DNA of 64,000 nt from Paragordius varius. Lineage: Eukaryota; Animalia; Nematomorpha. The stretch lies in assembly GCA_964247055.1 (NCBI GenBank), contig OZ176051.1, positions 4,154,001 through 4,218,000 on the forward strand, given 5' to 3'. The notes beneath the pieces are model-generated. The model was not told the origin of the DNA and ran no database searches. It saw nothing but the letters and a program-made list of their open reading frames with translations. The position numbers were made by a program, and so were the translations under genes. How positions within the stretch are numbered: position 1 is the stretch's first letter; each line of letters opens with the position of its first letter. Of the stretch, positions 12,798-26,100 are shown piece by piece.

Positions 12798-13612
12798 CCA
12801 GATCAGAATAAGTTATGGTGGACAGAAATGCAATAAATATATTTTGGAAATATAATGTTTTTTTAGCGTATTCAGAAAAAATCTCTAACCTTATTTTAAT
12901 ACTAATGTTAGCTTTTTTATATTTTTTGATTTATTTTAATCATAAAAGTATAATTTTGCAATGTTTAAAAAAAGTAGCATGCAATAGATTTTTGTGACTT
13001 GTTCATGCTTTTATGTTTTTGAGCTTTTTATTCATATTCAGTTAAAATCAGATATATGTATTTTAATAACTTATTTAAACCAAAAATCAGAACCAGTTGA
13101 CCAAAAAAAACTATGGCAACGAAACCAACCAAAATATATTGAAACCTTTTTATTAAGAGACATTTCGAACCGGAACAGAAAACAAAAATCCTTCCGGTTT
13201 TGTACGTTGGTCTGCTAATTTGAAAAATTTGAGTCAAATTCCTAATTGAGCAAAAAATTATTAATAAAATAGTATATTTATATTATAGTAATGAAAAATA
13301 ATGATTGTTAAATATCTAATTTTATGATAAAATATTTTAAAGTTTCATCAAAATGGTTCTGGTAAATTTTTTTAGTAATAATCAGATCATTTAAATCTTA
13401 CATTAGTAAAATGATTGGTAAAAGTCTTCCGCTAATCAAAAGTGCAATCATAGATCATATATAAGTACAAATTTCCTATAAATAAATTTTATAGAAATCT
13501 ACCGAGTAAATTATCAACCTTATATAGTTTAAAAAAATATTATTACTGAAACATCACATTAAAGATATAATAAATTACAAAACCATGCTATAAACAAATA
13601 ATCTCGTTATAT

Positions 13613-13655
13613 CAGGGCTTCTTTATGGGGGTAGCGACCCCATTTGGGGTCGCGA
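13613..13655 (+). mobile_element. hAT-like left end fragment
   Basis: CAGGGCTTCTT...GCGACCCCATTTGGGGTCGCG has a hAT-type terminus and a GC-rich palindrome. No matching right end or TSD found. Confidence 0.4.
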
Positions 13656-13802
13656 GTGATAAAAATACAATTTAACAAAAATTGTTTTTTAACTCGTAAA
13701 GTTATAGTTGTAAACAAAAATAACAATCATCGTAGAATATATCTAAAATCTTCTGGTTTGGAAAGACTGTTTATACCAGCATTTCTATTATGATAATTAT
13801 AA

Positions 13803-15840
13803 TCTATATATTTATAAAAATGGAAAATGCTGGGTTTGTGATCTGTTTCCGGAAAACCGGTAGACCCATTCAAATCCAAATGTTGAAATATAATCATTGA
13901 TGAATGCTCCGACAATAGCTTCACCCTTTTTTGAATTAGGCTCCCAGTTTGGGCCCACCCCATTGTAAAAAACGGATTTTTTTGAAAACAGAAGTCCAGA
14001 AAAATCGTGTCGCGTTGGGCCATTCGATTTAAAATATAATTATTTTTACTTTTTTTTGGTTGCGCCTAACCTAGTCGGCTTACTTTTTTAGGCTCTCTTT
14101 TTTCCCCGTTCCCCGTAAAATGCCATTTTCAAAAAAAACTAAATAATTTTTTGCCCAGGGTAGGAGACCGTTAAAATTCACTGATGATTCGAGTTATTCT
14201 CTTTAAAAGGGCAAAAATTTTAGTCGTGGGTTCTTTTATATTGGCTGCTCGGTAAGAAGATACCCGCTAAAAACTGCCTCGTTATATCTAAATAGCGTGC
14301 TTTTGGGGAATTTCAGAAAACCCATCAGGCCATATGAGTTCAACAGCTCCTTAAGATATTACCCGTAACAAGGCAAAAATTTAGATCGTGCGGTTTTTTA
14401 AAATTAGCCGTTAATTAGGCCCTTCACGCGCTAAAAAATGCGTTACCATATAATTTTTTAATTTTGAGGCAATTTTTCCAAAAACTAATGAGAGCATATG
14501 GCATTCATGATTCCAGGTAGTCTCTGTAAAAAGGCAAAAGTTTTAATCAAGCGCTTTTTTGTATCAGCCTCTGGGTACCGGCCTTAAACAGCGCTACCAT
14601 ATTAAAATTGCGTTGTTTAGGAATTAATTTTCAGAAAACTTATAGGTCATATAAGTTTGATGAGGGCATGAATTATTACCAGTAAAAAGGAAAAAATTTA
14701 AGTCAAGCGGTTTTTTAAATTAGCCGTCAATTAGGCCCTTGCCCTGAAAAATGCGCAACCATAGAATGACTTTTTGGTTTTAAGGCAATTTTTCGAAAAT
14801 CCCACGAAAGCATATGGAATCAGTCAGATTCCAGGTATTACCCTAATTAAGGGAAAAATTTTAATCGAGCGTTTTATTGTTTCGCCCCTGGTCAGGGGGC
14901 TACCCGCATAAAACTGCGACACCATATCGATACAGCATGCCTTTGGAGTCAAATTTCAGAAAACCTATGTGTCTAATAGGAACATATGGAATCTATAATT
15001 CCAGATATTCCGCAAATAAAGACAAAAATTTTGTTCATCGCTTTTTTACCCCCTGGGTACTCCCCGCCAAAAACTGCGCTATTATATAAAATTGCGTTGT
15101 TTTGGAACTAATTTACAGAAAATTTATGAAGCCATATGAGTTCATTAAAAGCTTGAAATATTACCCGTAACTAGATAAAAAATAAGGTCGGGTTTTTTTA
15201 TTTGCCGTTTATTTGGCAACCTTTATGCCATAAAACGCCATCATATAACGATTATTTAGTGTTGAGGTATTTTTTCGAATAACCCATGAGACGATGGTAT
15301 AAGAGGATTCCAAATATGTACCCTATAAAGGCACTCAGCACTTTTTCCATATAGGTCTATGGGTAGGGGTCTACCTGTTTAAAACTAACAAGCCATACAA
15401 AATAGGCGTAGTTTTGGAGCTAATTTTCAAAAAACATAAGAAGCCATACGAGTTCAGTTAAACACATTTCTGGGGAATTTGTATAATATCATTCTTTTCT
15501 TTAAAAAGGGACCACAAATGATTTACTTTTTATATCCCTTGATCCCAACTGTATGAACACAATTTCAAATTAGAACTTATAACCATGATTTCGTAAAACT
15601 AAAATCTTAAAATAAATCCAATGATAGTTGAATATTAACTTTCATAAGGGACAGTTTAAATATGGTCAATTTAGAGTAAACTTTGAGCCTATGCAAAAAC
15701 CCGTAAAAGAATAATTAAAAATATTTTTCTATTTGATATGTTTTTCAATATTTAATCTCTATTACCTCTATTTATTGCAATATATTAAGAATAATTATCG
15801 GTGAGACTACGCCACAGCGAAGCGTAACAGGGCCAGTTAG
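13803..15840 (+). mobile_element. Non-autonomous Helitron with internal ~160-bp repeat array
   Basis: 5' A|TCTATATATTTATAAAAATGG and 3' GCCACAGCGAAGCGTAAC-AGGGCCAG-TTAG|T (degenerate hairpin and CTAG). The first ~500 bp are homologous to the copies at 36.7-38.5 kb and 40.9-41.4 kb. No Rep/helicase ORF. Linking this 3' end to this 5' end is an inference. Confidence 0.72.
14205..15470 (+). repeat. Diverged tandem array of ~8 units of ~152-169 bp with two alternating unit types
   Basis: The anchor (AAG)GCAAAAATTT recurs at ~14211, 14373, 14534, 14690, 14853, 15022, 15174 and 15331. Type A units carry AAAACTGCG...AAATTGCGTTG; type B units carry AATTAGCCGT(T/C)AATTAGGCCCTT. Confidence 0.8.
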
Positions 15841-16693
15841 TATATAATAAAAGTAAAAATAACATCATATATAATTTATATTATTGATATGTAAAATTAT
15901 AATGCAGCCTGTATAAAAAAACATTGATCACTTAATTTTCCGGTTAAAATGCAAAGCTCATCAAAGTTTCGCCGCAAAAGACATTAATTTTAACTAAAAT
16001 GCGTTTTCAAAATCATAAATTAATTGTTTTAAGGTAAAAAAGATGTATGTAATAAGGTCAAACAATATCTTTAAAAATCATTCATTATTTAACAGTTTTT
16101 GACTTAAAGAAAGAAATGTACTATACCATTTTAAGCATATATATAGTCATCCTTTATATATATATATACGGTGTGGTAATAGCCATTAAAATAATTGTGA
16201 TCTCATTTAATTAAACACAAAACACACAAAGCAAATTGATCTATTTTTGCCCCGGCAAAAAATGTCCACCAACGCTACACGGTTAAATTTAATCTTATTT
16301 TAGCCGTTTTATTTTTATATGATTTATATACACATATAGTTAGATATATATTTGGAGCAGGTCACTTTATAAAATTGAAGAGAAGGTGTTAAAAATGTAA
16401 ATAACTGAAATATATAAGACAGCTCAAAGGACATATACCTACCAGATGCGGTATTTTAGTGCGTCTATCATATGTTGTTGTTTTTAAAACAAGTAACTAA
16501 AAAATTATTACTATACAATATGTTATAAGAAGGTTAAAAATCCTTACCAACAAAAAAAGTACCTATTTATCTATTATTATATAATAATATTAATTTATAA
16601 ATAAATCACAAAATCAGAGTCGTAAGAGGAATGACCTTTCTTATATAATAATAATAATATATTATATTGATCAAAATCCCTTTTAAAACTTAC

Positions 16694-16696
<3 letters not shown>

Positions 16697-16739
<43 letters not shown>
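16697..16739. repeat. (TA)n microsatellite
   Basis: Pure TA run. Similar runs at 18007-18041, 18837-18880, 19172-19222, 23105-23129, 33459-33483, 40494-40520, 45459-45497 and 59115-59143. Confidence 0.95.
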
Positions 16740-16742
<3 letters not shown>

Positions 16743-18003
16743 GTAGCCACAATTCGTACATTAGGAATAATGTTTCATTAATTTATATTATTTACGTATA
16801 ATAAGGTAAAAAATAGAAAATGCAAGTAGATAAAATTTGCATTGATATGTAAAACCTATGCTTTTTATGACCACCAACTCCACACCATAAAAACGTAAAT
16901 GTATAAAATTTAAAATTTAGTGTTTAAAATTAAATTATTTAAAGAGGAGGATTTTAAAATGATGTTTTATTATATTAAAAAAAATATATGTAATATTAAC
17001 TCCTAACTCAGGTGTAATATTTAGATTTTAACGATATATTTTTGCAAAATGGCTTTTTCTCAATCAATCAGCTTTAAAATCCGATATTACTTCTCTGATT
17101 CTGTCATTACCTACATTATATATAAATATTTATATTTTATCAAATTATAATGAAAATTAATTTAACGACAAAGTAATAAATTATATCCATCTTTTTCATT
17201 ATCAAAGTAGCCATGTACAATACACTTTATATATAATTCTATATTTTATATCAGGGATTTCGAGACTGAGTATACTAATAAAAAATATCCCTTTATATTT
17301 ATTGTACTTTGTACTTTAAGAGACCATTCTGTGTACAGGGATTTTATAATACATATATAATGTGTTATTATTATAGCCATAAACTTTATTTAAATAAGGA
17401 AGGAGGGAATAGCAAAAAAAATGATCATTGAATCATATTATAATGGAAAGTACATATAAATTATGTAATCATGATATATACTATAACAAGTGTGTGTGCA
17501 TGCAAACAAAAATAAATATATTCCTAATAAATAAAACATAAAAATAAAATATAAATTGGAAAAAAAGTCATTTATATAATATATATATTAAAAAATGACC
17601 ATTAGATTGATGATTGTTTGCTTTAAAAGGTGGAACAAGAGCAATGACCTTCCGATCAACATTTCTTTGGTCAAATCATTGATAGTGATTATGCATAAAG
17701 TGCTCTTACTTTTATTACGTAATATATCTATCTATTTTGGCATATTTTACCCTTGAAATTTGTCAAATTTTGGGCACATGCCCAATCTATTTAAACAACA
17801 CAGATTGTTTTAATTGGGATTTTATCCCTTATATCAGTAATATTTTATCAATACAATTCATCAATATATATTCCCGTATGAAAAATTTTTCCGACAACCA
17901 TGACATCAAACATATTTTGGATATCCCCAACTGATAAGAACGGTTAATTTTGTTAATACATAATTCATCATCAATACCTCTATGATTTGGCACATTTTTT
18001 CCT

Positions 18004-18044
<41 letters not shown>

Positions 18045-18834
18045 TATTCTTTCTTCACAAACCCAAACTCATCTGTTGTCTATCGTGTCGCTCAGAGTTT
18101 TTACCCATCTCGCTTTTTTGGACCAATATCAAGTATTGTTTTACAAATTGTTTTTTGCAAAATGTTTTTTTTAATTGAATCAGATATATATATCAAAGTA
18201 TATTATATAATTTTTTGGACGCTTTGTGATTGTCGCAAAATTTTAGTGCGACTCCAGGGGAGTGTAGAGTAGACACTTTGTGATTGGTGCTTAAACAAAT
18301 AAATAACAATGATACAGCTAAAAAAGCATCTTTCCACATTTTGGCCTAATTTGTAACAACAAACTAAACCATACCATACATAGTAAAATGCTAAATGTAA
18401 TCAGCTATTTTAATTTTACAGGCTGTAGGGCGGCGATGAATTTTTCGTTGATTAAATATACTAAACACCTTGGTATACCTAAAATATCTTACTGTATCGA
18501 TTAATTTTTTTTTAAATGTTTGTGCCATACCAGAGGTCGAAATGTTTTATCTAACAATTTTAAGTTATAATGTTGATTGAATTTTTTTCAAGACATAACT
18601 TTTATACGAATTCTCTCAAATTCCTCATCGGTATATGAATATTTATCTTTCATGATATAAACCATCTTTTTTAACACTGCCATAAATTGATATAATTTTT
18701 GTATATTTTATAATAGTTTGTTTACAATAGTGCCGTATAAATCCTTTTTTAAAAGCCTAATAATAATTATTCGGCCGCATTTCACCCTGTGGTCTAAATA
18801 CATCACTCATATTGGTTTTTAATAACGATAACCT

Positions 18835-18885
<51 letters not shown>

Positions 18886-19168
18886 GAGTTGTTTTTTTTC
18901 AAACTGATAATAAAATAATTACATGTGAAAATTCACGACAAAAAAATGTCCATACACTTTTTGGATGTATAAAACACTTTTATTTTCAATTTTATATCTT
19001 CTTTCCCCTTACACATATAATATAAGGTAAAGGCTATTTTAATGTTTAACAATAATAAAAATTACACCAACTTTTATAATTTTTTTTGGGGATAGTTTTA
19101 ATAAGAAAAAGGGGAGGACCCATAAAAAGTCAACGAAAATTTTGAATTTGTTGAACAAGGAGGGGACG

Positions 19169-19225
<57 letters not shown>

Positions 19226-20357
19226 CATTCTACATTTAGATGTTAAAAAATTGCATGTATCCTTTACAGGTAATTAGATAGCCGTTGGTCATTTAAGGGG
19301 GGGACTTTCCCATCATTTAATGTTAAAAGTTCAGAAATTTTATAATAGTAGTTTAGATTAAACAATATAGGTATAATTTAATGGCATTTTTCAGGTATTT
19401 TACCCTATTTGACCAGTTTGAAATAATATTTTTAAAAGATTTTAACGAATTTTTGTAATAATTTTAATTTTTGTGATATTGTCCGATTTTCCAAAAAAAA
19501 TTATCAGCGAATGATAAATAAATAGGACTTTTAACCTTTGTGCGCGGAATAAGATTGATCCATTCATATCTACCTTATTTTTTTGATTAAAATATACATT
19601 GTATATATACTATGTGTGCTATGTATTTTTTCTAGTTTTAGTGAATTATAATAGTTTTCTCTTGTGCGTTTATGAAAAAATACGCTAAATATATTACATA
19701 ATTATTTCACTTGGAGTTCTTTTTTTTATATATAAACTAACCATGTACATACAATATATTGTTAACATTTACAACAGTTATTTCTCAATTATTTGTCATA
19801 TTATACATATTTCACGCGACAAAAAGTATTATGAGTTAATCAAATCGACAAAAAATTAAATGTTTTCATATATTTTTCATCACCTTCAATTAATATTTTT
19901 TCATTCAATAGATAAACTCAAGACCATGCCTATACTGATATTTGAGGTCTGCGCTCAATTTAAGCCTATTATTCCAATATTTGGAATTTAAATTTTTGTC
20001 CAATAATAAATATAGTATATCAAAACTGGAAAATATAATTATTTATATTTAATCAACTAACTACTATATTGTGTGACCTGAAAACCAATCTTTTTTTTTT
20101 TATTTTTTTCATTCTTATTATCTAATGCTTTCCTCCGCTATGTGCCACCACACACACAAATATAACTAACATTTATTTTTTTTCGCCGTAATATTTTCAT
20201 GTCGTCGAATTTTTTTGTATTAAACTGGATAATGATTTTGTTTTAAAATTATTGCTTTACCAAACAATATCAATTCTAATTAATAATCATGTAATAATAA
20301 TGTTTTAAAAAACTACCCTCAATCATATTATAATATATTTTATCCTGATATCCAATT

Positions 20358-23104
20358 ATGTCTCGACGTAAGCAGGACAATCCCCAACACAGAAAACATA
20401 ATTCTTTTGGACCCGAACAAGATCACATAGCCGATGATGAATTATTAGGTAATTAATTTTATAATTTGTATTAAGAAGAATTTTACGTTTTTAAAAAATA
20501 TTTTTATCTAGGGTTCATTTTAAATTAAGATTTTTGCTATAAGACATTGGAAATATTATGGTTTTTTTATTCATTTTTTCTGGCTTTTTATCAACTTTAT
20601 CAATACTACACACTCAAGGCTATTGGGAAAATCATAGGTTAAATTTTTACCATTTTATAAACACCAATGCACTATATATCTCTCTCTTGCTCCATGATGC
20701 CTACCAATTTTAAACTTATTTAAATTTTAAACATACAAATCATATTTTATGCCTTTATTTATCGATTTTCAAAGCCCCTTTAAAAAATATGCATATATGG
20801 CAGGCACATATTCCCAATAAAACTCCATTTACCTCCATTTAAAGGAGATAGAGAGTGATAACGGATTATATATTATTTAATTCCATTGGGTACCATGACT
20901 TGCATTTTGACCAATCACCATTGCTAAACAACAAAAAACAAATTATATAAATACATCATATAATTAAATAATATCCCCCCCCCCCTCTTGTCTTTTTTCG
21001 GCAAAATATTGCAGTGTCATTTTTCACTTGTGCCAATACAATACACAACACGACACGCATTGGTTCGTTTTAATTTTTATAAAATGGGAGAGGCTTATAT
21101 ACATAATTGGGGATATAGTAGAGAATGAGTAATCATAAATAAGATATGTAGTCATTTCAAAAATATCCTCACAATAAAATGAATAAAATATGGCAAATTG
21201 TTTTTAAAGGCTATTCTGATATTTCACCTTATTAAAGTTTAATTCATACCTTTTTCAATGTGAAATTGTACAAAAATTTTAGTGTTATTGACATTATCGT
21301 AAAATATATAGATTGAGTAAGCATTCATTGAGTACAAGGTTATAAGCCTTAGAGGCAAAATATTCCTATTGAGTACAAGGTTATAAGCCTTAGAGGCAAA
21401 ATATTCCTCAAATATTTTTGTCCCTCCCTGTCTTTCTCTGTTCATCTTTCTCTCTACAAGAAAATGTGGTTATTTATTAAGTGAAAAATCTATAGCGTAT
21501 AAAAGAAAGTTTTAGCATCAATCTAATTTAGTTTTATTTTATTGTATATATAGATAATTTTATAATTTCGATTGCGTTTTTCAATTCCTATGGTTATTTT
21601 GTTAGGAGGAGCATAGATGATTTGTTTAGTTATAGTTCTTTGCTCCATATACCGTATACATCTTATCCATGATAAAACGAAACATGCATCATGCATGTAC
21701 TTTAAAAAATATTCAATTAAAGAAACATAAAATATTTCAAATATTATCCATTCTCCTCTCTTCTTTATAACTGATATATGCTGAAAACCAACTAACTTAA
21801 TTGCAAATTTCAAATTAGTGTTGTTGATAAAATTATACGCTTGAGCGTAATAAGACCTCAAAAGTTTTTTAAAGGGATAATTTTTATATGATGATAAAAA
21901 TGTACATACATACATGCATCCATGCTCATTGCAAAAAAACTTATTTTATAGAGTTTATAGAAATCCCTCTCTCTCTCTATATATAGTTTTGCAATGAACG
22001 CATTTGACATTCTTATTTATCTATTACTAGATTGTTGCGATCTATAGAGTTTGAATGACAGACCTAACTACCTACCTTCTATTTGTATTCTTAGCGCGCA
22101 TTTATAACTCGATGTAACGAACTCTGAGCTTTTTGTCAACAAGCAATCATCCATCGTTCATTGAACTTTTTTTTCATACATTTCCTTTCCTTTCCTCATA
22201 TATATATTTCAGGATATTTTTAAACAGCAAATCAATCATATGTGTGTGAATTGGTTGGCATTAAATTTCAAATCTCTATGGATGTAAATTTACATATGGA
22301 ATATACGTCTATTAGTGTTAATGAGTTTTATAAGTTTGCTTCTTAGGGCCTGATCAGATAAAGTTTTTACTCGAAAACGAAAAATCTACTTTATTTTCAT
22401 AATTGATGATTTAAAGTGTGTTTTTTTACCTAAAGCAAATGCGTATTTATAGATTTGTGACTTCCCATATTTTTTGTTTTGCGTTTTTTATAACATAAAA
22501 ATATACATCATATATGTAAAAATGTGGCGAGAAAAGGTCAAAGGGTAACCGTTAAATATAACATTTGGTTAAGTGAATAATAAAATCAAATTTATTTATT
22601 GATAATAAAAGTGTGAACTATCTACTCATACATACACATATATATATTTATATACCTTGTCGCAAAAAAGGCGTAATTTTTTTCCCACATTTTACTTATA
22701 TTATATTACGTTACCATCACATCAAATAAACCGATAAAATAAAAAAGTTTACACAGGTAAGAATAATCTTATAAATATTTGGACGGGTCAAATTTTATTC
22801 AAATTTTTGTTTTTTTAACTATAACTTGGATCGGGAGTTTACTGCATATTTTAATCGTATGTTATGTTTTTTACTTATAAATTTCTTGTCCTTCTTCGAT
22901 TAACTTTATTTTGGGATTTAGCGGAGAGGAGACCTTAGAATAAATGTGAAACATGATAAGTTATGTATGCTCTCTAAAAAAAGTGATTTTTTAAAATTGG
23001 AAATGCGTTTGAGGTTATGAGAGATTGTTTTTGGCAAAACACACTCACGCAATCAATGTGTGAAATATATATGTTTATTGTTGTGTATCAAAGCGCTAAA
23101 ACGA

Positions 23105-23135
<31 letters not shown>

Positions 23136-26100
23136 AGGTTTGTCACATTATTTTATGTTTAAAATAAATAAACAATAAGGATATTTATACATTATGAAAC
23201 GGGGTTATAACTATCATTCAGTCTTTATATGGAAAAGCAAGCAAGCAGTTAACCTTTAAAACCATGCGCCAAAAGCTATATAATTACCTTTTAAAAAACC
23301 CAACCATAACAAAACAAAACACGCAAAAAATATTAAATTTTTGTTTGTTATGATTGATATATAAGATATAGTTTGGGAGTTTAGAGGACTTTGTTATCGC
23401 ACACAGTTATAACCGGTATATCAATTTCTTTTATTACCATCTCCATATTATAGTAAGTAGTATAATGTGTTTGCCAAAACTATTAAATTTAACTTTTTAA
23501 CATTTGTGGGTGACCTCAATTATTAGTGTGTTCCGATTTTATGATAAATTTAAATTTAAATTTTATATATATAATGTAGTGCGTGTAATTGATATTTTGG
23601 CTGTTTATACCTGAAATCATTGGTGTTTATTCTAAATTTTCGGTTAAACAGAACTCTTTTATATAATATAAAAAACCATTGATTAACCTCAACATACTTT
23701 TAAAACCTTATTGTGATCTATGATGCTTGTTAGCTAGTTTGAAATTGATTTCGTTTTTTTTTCGAATTTTTGTTTTAATAAATTTTTTAACGCATCGTCG
23801 CGCTTTGTCAACTGATAGCCCAAATTCAATGCCACAAATCATGTGTGCCGTGTGCCGTCTTATTTTTGTGTATGTTATTTATGTTTTTTGAATAATAAAA
23901 TATGAAGAAATATTTTTAACCGCGTATAGTAGATATTTGTTTACTATATCATGATAGATTTTTACTACATTATGGTTTGCATTTGCATTTTCAAATTTTT
24001 ACATTTTAGATTTAAAACTCCAAACCTTTCCATGAAATTTTCAATAAATTTGATAAAAAGCAAGCAATTTTTTTGATTTCAGGTAAAAACTATGCAAGAT
24101 ATTTGCCCTACGCCTTTTTAACATTGATGGTGCCTTAGCAGTTCCATAATTTTTTCCGTGGTGTTAAACCTATAAAATCAAGATTTGCGATAATTATAAT
24201 TTAATTTTAACCTGACAAAAAAATGTTTGATTTACATTTGTGCAAACCAAATTATCTTGTGATAAATATCATAAGAAATTTGTAATAATATTTTGTTAAT
24301 GACAAAAAAATAAAAAATATATATATGTATTGGTAGAATGGGTAAACAACAAAGATTGGAAAATAAAGGGAGTGTCCTTGCTCGAGGGAATGCATCATCT
24401 ATTTCATTTTTATTTTGTGGCGTTTAGAATTATTCAAATTCAATAATGATAATCTATTCTATATAATAAAATTGATTTTTTTCCATCATTGTGCTTTCGT
24501 TTACAATGTGGATAAAAATAAAAAGTCTGTTCCCTAGATGTTTTACACGGCTTGTTTCGATCAAAATTAGCGGTGAGCTCATATATTTATTTGGGAAAAA
24601 TAAAAACGGTTGAAGTATTGAGGTTAGTTATTATTTTTAGTAGTTTGTGGTATTCTACCTATTAGTATGTAACAATAAGGAAATAAATAAGAGAGATCTG
24701 CATGGTTAATTAATCGTATATGAAATAGAAGAGGGTAAGAATTATTAAATGCCAGTCTTAAGAAATGACATTATACAGCATAAGGGACCTATTCTATATC
24801 TGCAGTTATAGCTTTGAGAAATCATGCGCAATTCTTTTTTATTTATGAACCCCGTAATATAAATTTCTAAGGGGCTTTTTTTAATTTAAAAGGTTCGACT
24901 CTAATTATGGTTATACAGTGAATGATTTGCATACATACCCCACACCTCCTACTATCATGTTTGTTTTAACAAATATTAACGGAGTTAAGGTTAAAACTTG
25001 GGGAGATGAGATTACAGAGCATAACTAAACGAAAGGAGAGGAGTAGAGGATACATAGGAAAATTAGCTAGAATCAAAGACAAAAGCAAAAGCAAATATAT
25101 TGTGGTGTGGTGTGCAGTGTGTGTGTTTATATGTTCCGTGTTCCCATTTAAATTTTATTTCATAACATTAATGTGAAAGCAAAGTGCTGTTGTGGAGTTA
25201 GTTAGTTAGCTATATAGTAGCTGTGCTCTGTTATGTTTTTTGTTGGATGATTTATCGATTTTCTTGCTTGCTTGCTTCTTGCCCTATGGTTATTATATCT
25301 CTCTCCTACCCACGAGAGGAGGATATGTGCGCGCATACACTATATGGTGAAGGCCGTTTTACTTTTCACTAAAAACATATATGCACACACACTCCACACA
25401 GAGAGAGAACGAAACATTGTTTTAGCTAGCTAGCTAAGCTTACAAAGAGTTCTATAATGTACAGCTTTAAAACCAATGCATCCCATTTATTGGAAATTGG
25501 AGCACAGTTCCTTTTTTTCATTCACATTTATAAATCTTCTCTTTCTACACTAATACTTAAGAGGTAAGGGGCGACGATGTAATAATTGTGTTAATGGATT
25601 TTCTCACATATTGATACAACAGAGCTTTTAAGCAGTTAGAGATATTGGGAATTATTTACTTAAAAATACTTTATAGTAATAATTATTTTTTTGATTTAAA
25701 GAATGATCCATGCTTTGAACTCTCTTTAATAATAGCCTCATAACTAATCAATACCGTTTTTTAATTACATGATATAATATGGTAATAAAGTTGTTTTACA
25801 ATAAACAGAAGGAAACCTACAAATGTATATTTTTTTTATACAATTAACTAACTGAACGCTCAAACAATGTAAACTTTTATACATGCATTTACTTTATATT
25901 ATATGTGTGTGCTAACTTTTCACCACAAAAAACGTAATTAGGCCATGTAGCTCAGTTCTTTTTCTGCATGATTTTTTCCATACAATTTATCTTAATATAA
26001 TCATCACTCAGTTAGTTAGTTAGTTCCCTTCTTCCCGCATTCAATTTGAACTAGTTTACGGTTTTTTATAATTGTTTTCCTTTTGCATTCAACATTGTAG

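Noticed and set aside
13075-13215. AACC/GGTT-rich patches (also ~50870-50945) as a MITE
   Set aside because: No definable termini, TSD or alignable second copy.
14205-15470. Regularly spaced repeats as a CRISPR array
   Set aside because: The whole ~160-bp units are homologous, there are no unique spacers, the context is eukaryotic, and there are no cas genes.
17737-18272. ORFs with YIYIYI runs and other short AT-rich ORFs (21239, 21523, 42877, 44422, 45637)
   Set aside because: They come from (TA)n or low-complexity DNA and show no recognisable domain or exon partners.
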